From: Candidatus Heimdallarchaeota archaeon
Lineage (GTDB): Archaea > Asgardarchaeota > Heimdallarchaeia > Heimdallarchaeales > Kariarchaeaceae
Reading direction: 5' to 3'
DNA: 32,000 nucleotides
Assembly: GCA_030149205.1 (NCBI GenBank)
Contig: JASBSB010000006.1
Location: 300,001 to 332,000 of the forward strand
Part shown: one piece after another, positions 1-8,751 of the stretch
Layout: each line of letters opens with the position of its first letter
Numbering within the stretch: the stretch's first letter is position 1
Made by a program: the position numbers and the translations under genes
Notes under the pieces: generated by a model
The model's database searches: none
What the model was told of the DNA's origin: nothing
Seen by the model: only the letters and a program-made list of their open reading frames with translations

Positions 1-814
1 TGTAAGTAATTCTACGTGGGTCATCCTTATCCAATATGTCAATTATTACCTCTCCTTTTCCCTTTTCTAATGCTTTCTCCACAGAATCTGTCAGTCTACC
101 CTCAATATCCGCCTTCAAGATTAGTCTGTCTAAGATAATGGAGATATCGTGCCGATAGTTTTTGTCGAGTTCTGGAAACTCCTCATCTAACAAAACTTCC
201 CTGCCGTTAACCTCTAATCTGACAAATCCATCCTTTTTAAGCTGATTCAAAAGCTTCTTGTGAGTTCCCTTCTCATTTGTTATGACAGGTGCAATTAACC
301 TCAGACGAGTGCCATCCTTAAGTTTCATTATGTTCTCAACTATCTCCTCCGCACTAAGGGCTTGAATCGGATCCCCACAGATTGGACAGAAGGGTTTACC
401 AATGGTTGCAAACATGATTCTTAGGTAATCCATGATCTCAGTGACTGTTGCAACTGTTGAACGTGGATTGTGGGAGGAAGTCTTTTGTTCTATACAAATT
501 GCTGGACTTAAGCCAGAAATTGACTTGACACGTGGTTTCTCTAGCTGACCTAAAAACTGTCTGGCATAAGAGCTCAATGACTCAACAAACCTACGTTGTC
601 CCTCAACAAAAAGTGTGTCAATTGCAAGACTGGACTTTCCACTCCCTGATAAACCGGTTATAACCACAAATCTGTCTCTTGGGATCCAGACATCCACACC
701 TTTGAGATTATGTTCATTGGCCTCTTCCACGAAAATCCAGTTTCTTGGATCCTCTTTGGTGGGCAGCTCTAGATGCCTTTCAAACTTTTCTAACTCGTCT
801 ACAATGACCGTCAA
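1..814 (-). CDS. uvrA: Excinuclease ABC subunit A, N-terminal part (runs off the left edge of the window)
   Basis: Not in the ORF track. My minus-strand translation gives ...EEANEHNLKGVDVWIPRDRFVVITGLSGSGKSSLAIDTLFVEGQRRFVESLSSYARQFLG...GLSPAICIEQK...NPRSTVATVTEIMDYLR...CPICG, the classic UvrA Walker A and zinc-finger start. An in-frame TAG lies at 827-829, so the start is probably TTG at 814. Confidence 0.95.
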   Translation of the reverse strand, partial: MTVIVDELEKFERHLELPTKEDPRNWIFVEEANEHNLKGVDVWIPRDRFVVITGLSGSGKSSLAIDTLFVEGQRRFVESLSSYARQFLGQLEKPRVKSISGLSPAICIEQKTSSHNPRSTVATVTEIMDYLRIMFATIGKPFCPICGDPIQALSAEEIVENIMKLKDGTRLRLIAPVITNEKGTHKKLLNQLKKDGFVRLEVNGREVLLDEEFPELDKNYRHDISIILDRLILKADIEGRLTDSVEKALEKGKGEVIIDILDKDDPRRITY

Positions 815-841
815 GATACTAACGCACTAGCTGAATAAAGC

Positions 842-848
842 TATAAAA
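842..848 (-). promoter_or_regulatory. Putative TATA box for uvrA
   Basis: TTTTATA on the minus strand about 28 nt upstream of the TTG at 814, consistent with a leaderless archaeal transcript. Confidence 0.35.
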
Positions 849-1136
849 CTTCTCTGATAGGAGTTAGATAAATCTAAAATCGGGGGGTATATGCCTTCTA
901 ACCAGAAAATCCAATATTTTTGATTAAAGAACCACTGAGAAAATACCGTCATCCTTTTTTCTTGTGTTAAGGTTCTGAGTCTTTTAAAGACAATAGAAGG
1001 TTCTTAAAGAGAAGAAGATTATGAAACATCCCGGTTACATTTTGATATCCTTTAGTTTTGGGTATCCTTAGCTTACCTTTCATTCTTCCGTGTAATCCTC
1101 TAAAAGAATTAAATAATCAATAACCTTCAACAGTGT

Positions 1137-1769
1137 ATGGTAAACTTTGATGATAAATTTAGGATTAAAGATGATAATCAGCTTCTTCAACTATTGGGAT
1201 TGATGACTGGTATAACCCTAGGATTAGTCATCTATCTATTGATTAACCCCCCAAATACCACTTCGTTCAGAGGTTACGAATACCAGAGCTTAATAGCAAT
1301 TATTCCAGCCTTCCTAATTCAGTTTATCCTGCTCAGAGAGCTCGATTTTAGAGTTGAAGAGGATAGCCCCCTAAAATCCTCATATCTGAGGCTGTATAAA
1401 TCAGGTATCTATAGATTGCTAATAACACTGTTACTTGCATTAAACTGGGTATTCATCAACTCCGCAGAGGTGGGTGTACTGGTCTTTCTTCTTGCCCCAA
1501 CCTTCTTTGTTATCGCTTTGGTTCAGGATGGATACACCTTCTGGTTGACTCTGAAGCAGCCAGAACTGAAAAAATTACAAAATTATTCTGCCGCACTCTA
1601 TTTTCTGGTCGATCTCTCTCCCATCTACTTTGCATTAACATGGGATTATCTCCGTAGGGCCATACCTTCTGATTTTGGTCCTGTCATAAACCTTAGCCTT
1701 CTGATGATCCTGTTTGTTGTTCTTCCACTGGGTGTCACCTATCCAATGTACAGAAATCTCTCAGAATGA
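1137..1769 (+). CDS. Hypothetical integral membrane protein (about 6 TM helices)
   Basis: 210-aa ORF with about six hydrophobic segments; no family motif recognised. Confidence 0.75.
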   Translation: MVNFDDKFRIKDDNQLLQLLGLMTGITLGLVIYLLINPPNTTSFRGYEYQSLIAIIPAFLIQFILLRELDFRVEEDSPLKSSYLRLYKSGIYRLLITLLLALNWVFINSAEVGVLVFLLAPTFFVIALVQDGYTFWLTLKQPELKKLQNYSAALYFLVDLSPIYFALTWDYLRRAIPSDFGPVINLSLLMILFVVLPLGVTYPMYRNLSE

Positions 1770-1810
1770 TTATGGATTTTTTTCAACTTTACCCTTAAGT
1801 AATAAATGGC

Positions 1811-2224
1811 TTAAAAGTTTAATTTATAATACTTTACTCCAAAAATTTTACCATAGTCATCATCTGTGGAAATTATAATCGAATTATACTTTTTACTTAA
1901 GATTGAGTTTACGCAATCAACTAAAGATAATTCCCTATTTCTGTGTTTTAGCTCACCAACTTTTATTATATAATTAAACTGAGTTTCAACGATTATGTTT
2001 TTGGATTCATTTAATAATAAAAGTTGATATCGAGCAATTTTTTTCCCGAATTTTTCGATTGTCTTGTAACAAAATTCAATCAGTACAAGCGAAGGGATAT
2101 ATCCTTCGATATTGGTGGTTTAAGTTTGAGCCATGAGTTTTTTTGCCTCTTTATGATCTGCGAAGTAGAGAATCAATGCACCAGTATCCCACAAAAATGT
2201 CTTTTCTTGTTTTGCACTCTTCAC
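1811..2224 (-). pseudogene. vapC: PIN-domain VapC-like toxin interrupted by an in-frame TAA at codon 35
   Basis: GTG start overlaps the antitoxin stop (GTGA). Translation: MKSAKQEKTFLWDTGALILYFADHKEAKKLMAQT*TTNIEGYIPSLVLIEFCYKT...RELSLVDCVNSILSKKYNSIIISTDDDYGKI...KLNF*. The PIN acidic motifs DT, E, S-L-V-D and T-D-D-D are all in one frame on either side of the TAA at 2120-2122. Confidence 0.85.
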
Positions 2225-2448
2225 CAGTTTTCTTTGTTTCTCTCTTGCCGAATCTCTTTTACCGCTTGCACAGCCATTTTGTAATTATTCGGATTTGTTG
2301 CTGTTAGAATGCTCTTTTTAGGAATTAATAAAATTCCCTCATCAGTTAATATAAAAGAAATTTCATCTCCAGGTTTTAAATTTAACTTTTTCTGAAGCTT
2401 TGCTGGAAGATTTATCATTCCATTACTGGTTAATTTAGCAGTTACCAT
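2221..2448 (-). CDS. vapB: AbrB/MazE/SpoVT-family antitoxin (VapB-like)
   Basis: MVTAKLTSNGMINLPAKLQKKLNLKPGDEISFILTDEGILLIP fits the swapped-hairpin pattern, and it lies directly upstream of a PIN gene with a 4-nt overlap. Confidence 0.88.
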   Translation of the reverse strand: MVTAKLTSNGMINLPAKLQKKLNLKPGDEISFILTDEGILLIPKKSILTATNPNNYKMAVQAVKEIRQERNKENW

Positions 2449-2460
2449 GAATCTATCTTG

Positions 2461-2487
2461 TTTTCAATGATTTAAATTTTTTCAATG
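2461..2487 (-). promoter_or_regulatory. Direct repeat TTTTCAATG x2 upstream of vapB, possible autoregulatory operator
   Basis: TTTTCAATG at 2461-2469 and 2479-2487, 13-39 nt upstream of the vapB start. Confidence 0.3.
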
Positions 2488-2649
2488 CAAAAAAGTAACT
2501 GAAAAGGGAAATTTGAATGGTCAAATCCAAAATTTGATGATAATTGACCTCTAAAATCTAGATCTTAAGAGAATTAGATAATTATTAACTGGGTTCGTAA
2601 TTTTTATTACAAGCTTATGATCCTTAGCAGAAACTGTCTAGAGATGAGT

Positions 2650-5244
2650 CTATTTTGTACTTACAACAACATCCTCATTTTCATCGAGATCCACCAGAAG
2701 CACTGTCCCCTCAGGAACCTGATTCTTGAGTAGATATGATGAAAGTGGGTTCTCAACATAACGGGTGATTGCTCTCTTGAGTGGTCTTGCTCCAAAGGTT
2801 GGGTCATAACCGACCTCTGCTAAGAAGAGTTTCACTGATTCTGTTAGATCGACTTTTACATTTAACTTATCCAATCGTTTTTTGAGATCCTGTAACTGTA
2901 TCTCAACTATATCCATCATGAGGTCTCTGCTCAGTGTCCTAAAGATCACCACCTCATCAAGCCTGTTTAGAAACTCTGGCTTGAAGTACTGTCTAAGCTC
3001 ATGTTCAACAGTTCCCTTGATCTCATCATAGGATCTTCCCTGTTCTGTCATGTCAAAGATCTGCTGGCTACCGATGTTTGAGGTAGCAATGATGACCGTG
3101 TTCTTGAAATCCACAGTTCTTCCCTTTGAGTCAGTCAGCCTTCCATCATCAAGCACCTGTAAAAGCACATTGAAGACATCAGGATGAGCCTTCTCGATCT
3201 CATCCAAGAGGATAACAGAGTAAGGTTTGCGTCTGATTGCCTCTGTGAGCTGACCACCCTCATCATGCCCAACATAACCAGGTGGGGCACCTATAAGCCT
3301 GGCAACTGAGTGCTTTTCCATGTACTCACTCATGTCGATACGTATCATCAGCTTGTCACTGTCAAAGAGGAACTCTGCAAGGGCCTTTGCAAGCTCCGTC
3401 TTTCCCACACCTGTTGGACCAAGGAAAAGGAATGATCCCATAGGCCTATCTTCTGAGCTAAGTCCAGCTCTTGACCTTCGAATGGTCTCTGCGAGTGCCT
3501 TGATTGCCTCATCCTGCCCTCTGACTCGCTTTCTCAGCGCATCTTCCATGTGAATGAGCTTGTCAATCTCCTCCTGAGTTATCTTGCTAACAGGTATACC
3601 AGTCCATCTGGAGACAATCTCTGCAATGTCCTCTTCTGTGACCTCTTGTCTTAGCAGACCTCCTTTCTTCTCCTGTTCATCTGCCTCTTTCTGAAGTTTG
3701 TCAAGCTCCTTTTGGAGCTCGGGGATCTTACCATACTGTATCTGACCAACCAGCTCAAGGTTCCCCTCTCTTTGAGCCCTTTCAGCCTCAAATTTCAGGT
3801 GATCTATCTGTTCCTTGTTGTGGGAGATTTTCACGTAAATCTCCTTCTCTTTCTCCCACTGTGTCTTCACCTTGATGAACTCTGCCTTCTCCTTCTCAAG
3901 CTCGTCTTCTATCTGGGAGAGTCGCTTCTTTGACACCTCATCAGAATCTTTCTTGATGACTGCCCTCTCAATCTCCAACTGGTTGATCCGTCTCTGGATC
4001 TTTTCCAGCTCCTCAGGCATTGACTGCAACTCCATTGAGATCTTAGCAGCTGCCTCATCCATGAGGTCTATCGCTTTGTCTGGGAGAAACCTGTCAGAGA
4101 TGTACCTATGTGATAGAACCGCTGCTGCAACAAGGGCATTGTCCTGGATGTGTACCCCATGATGAATCTCATACTTGTCCTTTAAACCCCTAAGTATTGA
4201 GATGGTATCTTCAACACTCGGTTGATCGACAAATACTGGTTGAAATCTTCTCTCTAATGCTGCATCCTTCTCAAAGTACTTTCGATACTCATCATAGGTC
4301 GTTGCTGCAATGGTTCGAAGCTTCCCTCTTGCAAGCATTGGTTTTAGAAGATTGGACGCATCAAGCGAACCCTCACTAGCACCTGCACCAACTATGGTAT
4401 GTGCCTCATCTATGAACAATATTATCTTCCCTTGTGATTGCTCAATCTCATTTAAGACCGCTTTTAACCTGTCCTCAAACTCTCCACGATACTTTGCACC
4501 AGCTATCAGACTACCCATGTCCAGAGCAAGCAACCTGACATCCTTCAATGATTCAGGAACGTCCTCATGAATAATCCTCTGTGCAAGTCCCTCCACAATT
4601 GCAGTTTTTCCCACACCAGGCTCACCAATCAGAACCGGGTTATTTTTTGTTCGACGTGAAAGTACATGAATTACCCTACGTATCTCATCATCCCTTCCAA
4701 TCACTGGGTCAAGTTTACCGTCCTGTGCCAATTTGGTGTAATCTATCGTGAATCTGTCCAGAGCCTGAAACTTTGACTCCGCCTCCTGTGAATCCGCTTT
4801 GTTAGTGCCTCGCAATTCTCTGACCTCCTGTTCGAGCAGTCTCACCGAGAAGCTCGGGTTCAGACTCTTGAATATGTTCTGTAAGGGTTTTGACTCCTTA
4901 ATTGTTGCTAAAAAGAGATGATCAATTGCGACAAATTCATCACCCATCTCCTTTGCAGTCTTCTCAGCAGTTGCAAAGACCTTAGACAGTGACTGACTTA
5001 ACTGAAGATTTGCCCCTTGAACAGTCGGCTTTCTTGTCAGCTGCTCCTCGACCAACCCCTCCAACCTGTTATAATCTATCTCCAACTTGCTGAGCAGTGT
5101 TTGAATTATCTTGTCATCCATTGAAAAGAATGCTTTCATCAGGTGGAACTCATCCAACACACTGTGGTCGTACTGTGTTGCAATTGACTGAGCCTCACCT
5201 ATGGCTTCCTGTGATCTGCTTGTGTATTTGTTTATGTTTGCCAT
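2650..5244 (-). CDS. clpB: ATP-dependent chaperone ClpB
   Basis: Clp N-domain, NBD1 ([12 protein letters not shown]), coiled-coil middle domain and NBD2 ([20 protein letters not shown]). The start is moved from 5277 to ATG 5244 (MANINKYT), which is preceded by an AGGTGA SD at 5249-5254. Confidence 0.97.
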   Translation of the reverse strand: MANINKYTSRSQEAIGEAQSIATQYDHSVLDEFHLMKAFFSMDDKIIQTLLSKLEIDYNRLEGLVEEQLTRKPTVQGANLQLSQSLSKVFATAEKTAKEMGDEFVAIDHLFLATIKESKPLQNIFKSLNPSFSVRLLEQEVRELRGTNKADSQEAESKFQALDRFTIDYTKLAQDGKLDPVIGRDDEIRRVIHVLSRRTKNNPVLIGEPGVGKTAIVEGLAQRIIHEDVPESLKDVRLLALDMGSLIAGAKYRGEFEDRLKAVLNEIEQSQGKIILFIDEAHTIVGAGASEGSLDASNLLKPMLARGKLRTIAATTYDEYRKYFEKDAALERRFQPVFVDQPSVEDTISILRGLKDKYEIHHGVHIQDNALVAAAVLSHRYISDRFLPDKAIDLMDEAAAKISMELQSMPEELEKIQRRINQLEIERAVIKKDSDEVSKKRLSQIEDELEKEKAEFIKVKTQWEKEKEIYVKISHNKEQIDHLKFEAERAQREGNLELVGQIQYGKIPELQKELDKLQKEADEQEKKGGLLRQEVTEEDIAEIVSRWTGIPVSKITQEEIDKLIHMEDALRKRVRGQDEAIKALAETIRRSRAGLSSEDRPMGSFLFLGPTGVGKTELAKALAEFLFDSDKLMIRIDMSEYMEKHSVARLIGAPPGYVGHDEGGQLTEAIRRKPYSVILLDEIEKAHPDVFNVLLQVLDDGRLTDSKGRTVDFKNTVIIATSNIGSQQIFDMTEQGRSYDEIKGTVEHELRQYFKPEFLNRLDEVVIFRTLSRDLMMDIVEIQLQDLKKRLDKLNVKVDLTESVKLFLAEVGYDPTFGARPLKRAITRYVENPLSSYLLKNQVPEGTVLLVDLDENEDVVVSTK

Positions 5245-5490
5245 GCCTTCACCTATGATACAATTAGTATTACACATTAAATATTATAGTTGCAGTATAA
5301 AAATATTTCCCTGAGGTCCCATACAACCAACAATAACCAAAAAGGAAAAATCACAGGAGAACGCTACACAGACCAATAACAAAAAACAGGAGAAATCAAA
5401 CCAAATTACTGTGTGAAATTAAACCTAGAGAGACAGCATCATGAGAAGCTATTAAAGGTGTCAGCCACCAATCAAACAAGAGCTTAGAGA

Positions 5491-6060
5491 TCAAAGTTCA
5501 GTCTTAAGTGCGGATTCTATCGCCCGAGTTATGATCCACTCAAAAGCATCCTTAACCCCATCCCCATTAAGTGCAGATGTTTCAAAAACCGCATAAGAAT
5601 ACGCTGGCAGCATTGAACGGACGTAACTCAATACCTCATCTTCCTGCGGTTTCATGATTTGACGTGAATCTACCAGGTCAAGCTTGTTAAAGATGATAGC
5701 CAATGAAAATTCTTCAAGGTTTCCCACATTAAGCTCAAGGTCATCAACCCATGAATCTACCTGTTTTTTAAGATCAAGTGATTGAGTAAGGTCGAGCACA
5801 AGAAAAGCCCCAAGTGCACCTTTGAAGTACATATAACGGTGTGATTTGAACACCTCCTCCCCAGCGAGATCCCAGATGACTATCTTGTTTTGGACATCCC
5901 GGTACTTGTAAGAGAAAAAGGAAAGATCAACACCAAGTGTTTGGCGGTACTGACTCCCAAAGTTCTTCCCCATATAGCGTTTACGGAGTGAGGTTTTTCC
6001 AACCCTTGAGTTACCAAGGAGAATAACCTTCAAGATGAACTCATCATCAATCATAAACAT
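5491..6060 (-). CDS. Rab-like small GTPase (Ras superfamily)
   Basis: G1 GNSRVGKT, G2 T-LGVD, G3 WDLAGEE, G4 NKLD, G5 ETSAL, and Rab-like segments LGVDL, KIVIW, YFKGA and LVLDLT. No C-terminal Cys prenylation motif. Confidence 0.93.
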   Translation of the reverse strand: MFMIDDEFILKVILLGNSRVGKTSLRKRYMGKNFGSQYRQTLGVDLSFFSYKYRDVQNKIVIWDLAGEEVFKSHRYMYFKGALGAFLVLDLTQSLDLKKQVDSWVDDLELNVGNLEEFSLAIIFNKLDLVDSRQIMKPQEDEVLSYVRSMLPAYSYAVFETSALNGDGVKDAFEWIITRAIESALKTEL

Positions 6061-6232
6061 TCACATCTAAACGTCAACAGATAAAAACCTTATGGGTTAG
6101 GGAACAGTCTTTTGAATCCAATAAATATTGAAGAGATGACCTGAGGGGACTATTGCACCTAATTTGGCAATAGAGGGCTTAAAATAGGAAATTTTAATGG
6201 GATTGAGGAATAGGAGTTGTACAAAAAAAGAA

Positions 6233-6368
6233 TGACATGAAAAAGTCATGTCAAATTAAACTAAGACTTGACATTGACATAACAAAAACCCAAACACATT
6301 ATTGACATGACAAAAACATAACAATTCAAGATAAATTAAGCAATGACTGAACCCAGACATGACAAAAG
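6233..6368. repeat. Array of six GACAT-core operator-like repeats including a perfect 8-bp inverted repeat
   Basis: TGACATGA-AAAAG-TCATGTCA at 6233-6253, TTGACATTGACATAACAAAAA at 6268-6288, TGACATGACAAAAA at 6303-6316, AGACATGACAAAAG at 6355-6368. Confidence 0.8.
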
Positions 6369-6897
6369 ATATAAATCACCTTTGAAAATCCACTCCATGG
6401 CTAGAGAAGGTCAGCAAATTATCTCAATTTATGTCCCCCTCGAAACTTACGAAGAGATCAAGTTAGCAAGTAAGCAAGAAAACACCTCGATGAAAGAATA
6501 TTTACTCAGCCTACATAGATCGAAATCAAGCATAAAATCAGAGGAACAAAACCTGCTTGCTAGGCTTGAAAGAGCAGTTTCATTCTTGGAGAATCTTAGT
6601 GATTTAACACCACTCCAAACCAAACCAGGAGCAGCCCCAAAAACCAAATTCAATGTGGAAAGCCCACCTCAAGGAAAGTTATTTGACATAATCCAGAAAA
6701 TAAAAGCGAACGCAAGGACTATAAAGCAGGCTGAGACAATGATAAAAATTGTCGAAATAATACGTGATAGTGAACCAACTGGAGTTCCTTTAAGTATTAT
6801 CAGAAAATCAACCAACTCTTCTGCTCGTAACAACCTAATCAGACTAATTGATTGGGGTATAGTAAACTTAAGATCTAACCTTTACCATGTAAATTAG
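6343..6897 (+). CDS. Putative DNA-binding protein: N-terminal ribbon-helix-helix (CopG-like), coiled coil, C-terminal winged helix
   Basis: QQIISIYVPLETYEEIKLASKQENTSMKEYLLSL has the RHH strand-helix-helix pattern; MIKIVEIIRDSEPTGVPLSIIRKST...LIRLIDWGIVNLRSNLYHV has the wHTH pattern. The real start may be ATG 6397, which has TATAAA at 6370-6375. Confidence 0.65.
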   Translation: MTEPRHDKRYKSPLKIHSMAREGQQIISIYVPLETYEEIKLASKQENTSMKEYLLSLHRSKSSIKSEEQNLLARLERAVSFLENLSDLTPLQTKPGAAPKTKFNVESPPQGKLFDIIQKIKANARTIKQAETMIKIVEIIRDSEPTGVPLSIIRKSTNSSARNNLIRLIDWGIVNLRSNLYHVN

Positions 6898-6959
6898 GCT
6901 AAAACAATAGCTCAAATTGAAGAATAATCCAATCATGCTAGAGCCATCTTTACCCTTAA

Positions 6960-7950
6960 AACAATATAAAAAATATGAAATTATTTTGATTTAAATTAAT
7001 GAACATACAAATAAATCCAAACCAAAAATATGTAAATACAAAGCAAGAGAAAAAGAAATCATCATATTTATTCGATACATATAACGTACATATAATCTAA
7101 ATAATTATTTATGTTTAATTTTGACTAATATAATATATTATATCTTTTATAAAAAATTACTATAAGTTTTGTATTTGTGATTTTTAGTACCTAAACATTG
7201 CAAAATTTCAATAAATTTCAAGTTTTTCGCAACATGTTTAGTTTTGAATTTATTTTAATCCAAATATTTCCATAAAACATTAAATTTAGACTTATTATTT
7301 ATGAAATATATTGATTTTTAAATTTTTTAAATGTGGTTATTTTTAAATTTTGAATTAATATTTTGTAAATTAATTTTCATAAAATTATATAAATTAATGG
7401 TTTTTAAAATTATTATTCTTATAATAAAAATTTAGTAAATTAAATTTACTGGAATTATGTATATATGTTAAAATAGGTTGAAATTGCAAATTTATGTGAT
7501 CACTAAGATTTTAATTTAAAATATTTGAAGTATAATTTTACTCATCATTAGCTTTTTAATAGATATAATAAAGTTCGTAATATTTTTAGTGGTAGTGTTA
7601 AAAAAATACGATAGATTAAAACTTTTAATTTTTTACCTTTAATAATATATAATTTATTTAGACAAAAATAAAAAATAATTAATTTATTATTTTATTCAAA
7701 TAAACCCAATTAATTAGAATATTTTTAGATATTAAATTATTTTTTTGATAAACAAAAATATGACTAACAAATAATAAAATCATATTTCTGTTTATTGATC
7801 CAATAATACTTATTTAATTATAAATACTTTGAATATATAAAATAAACATATGAAATATTTTGTTCTCCTTATAAGTATTGAAATTGTGGGGTAATATATT
7901 AATGTCTGAATATATTCAACAAATTTAAAATTCTATCCAATTTGTTAGAA
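6960..7950. other. About 1 kb extremely AT-rich non-coding island
   Basis: Hand counts of 60-nt lines give about 8-20% GC (e.g. 5/60 at 7621-7680, 6/60 at 7321-7380) versus about 45% in a clpB line. No ORF of 60 aa or more in the track. Confidence 0.9.
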
Positions 7951-7952
7951 TT

Positions 7953-8747
7953 ATGAGTATCGATAATAATCAAGTGAACCTATTTCATGAGAAAATATTT
8001 TTGTGGTGGAAGGGAAACAAACGCAAACTTCCTTGGAGAGAGAACATTACTCCTTACAAAGTGTTGGTAAGTGAGTTCATGTTACAGCAAACACAAGTAT
8101 CAAGGGTCATCCCCAAATTCCAAAGCTTTGTTCAAAATCTTCAAGGTCTTAAAGAATTAGCTGCCTGTGACACGCCATCTCTATTAAAGTACTGGTCTGG
8201 ATTAGGGTACAACAGAAGGGCGTTGTATCTTAGGTCGGCAGCCAAAGCAGTTCTAAACGATCCCACAATCACATTGCATCCTGAAGAACTTCTCAAGATA
8301 AAAGGGATCGGAGATTATACCGCTCATTCAATACCAATATTTACCCATAACATTGATACTGTTACGATTGACACCAATATTCGAAAGGTACTCATACATG
8401 AGGGATTTGCAAACCTAGAGGCGAAACCTCGAGATCTTAAGAAAGTAGCACTAACACTCTTACCAAAAGGTAGATCAAGAGATTGGCACAACGCATTGAT
8501 GGATTATGCGGGTCAAAACCTTCGCAACTTTAAGCTGTTGCAAAAGAAGCAACCAAAGTTCTTAGGGTCAAAGAGAGAGGTTAGAGGGAATATTATCAAA
8601 CATTTGCTTCGGGTTAAGTCATTGAACTTGGATGAACTGAAAAAGAGGGTCGGGACAAATTTTATGGTAGTTGATCAGGTGATACAAGATTTGGTATCTG
8701 AGGGATTTATAACGAAAGTTGGCAACCAGTACCAGATAACGAAATGA
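7953..8747 (+). CDS. mutY: A/G-specific adenine glycosylase (MutY-like, HhH-GPD) lacking the 4Fe-4S cluster, with a C-terminal wHTH-like domain
   Basis: VSEFMLQQTQVSRV, WSGLGYNRRA, HhH LLKIKGIGDYTA, catalytic DTN and WHNALMDY are present. No Cys cluster follows. Confidence 0.85.
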   Translation: MSIDNNQVNLFHEKIFLWWKGNKRKLPWRENITPYKVLVSEFMLQQTQVSRVIPKFQSFVQNLQGLKELAACDTPSLLKYWSGLGYNRRALYLRSAAKAVLNDPTITLHPEELLKIKGIGDYTAHSIPIFTHNIDTVTIDTNIRKVLIHEGFANLEAKPRDLKKVALTLLPKGRSRDWHNALMDYAGQNLRNFKLLQKKQPKFLGSKREVRGNIIKHLLRVKSLNLDELKKRVGTNFMVVDQVIQDLVSEGFITKVGNQYQITK

Positions 8748-8751
8748 ATTA

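Noticed and set aside
615-830. 71-aa plus-strand ORF
   Set aside because: Antisense to uvrA.
827-952. 41-codon minus-strand ORF in frame with uvrA, separated by one TAG (possible readthrough extension)
   Set aside because: No recognisable motif; a TATA box inside it fits a start at 814, and TAG is a normal stop elsewhere in the window.
2024-2284. 86-aa plus-strand ORF
   Set aside because: Antisense shadow of vapC/vapB, which explain the region better.
3320-4570. Five short plus-strand ORFs
   Set aside because: Antisense shadows of clpB.
5330-5400. ACAGGAGA direct repeat between clpB and the GTPase
   Set aside because: Only two short copies within a low-complexity T-rich (minus-strand) tract that is best read as a terminator region.
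6960-7950. Canonical archaeal oriC, or hidden small genes
   Set aside because: No ORB boxes or orc1/cdc6 seen. The 33-aa ORF at 6999 and short palindromes such as AGTAAAT-TAA-ATTTACT are expected by chance at this AT content.
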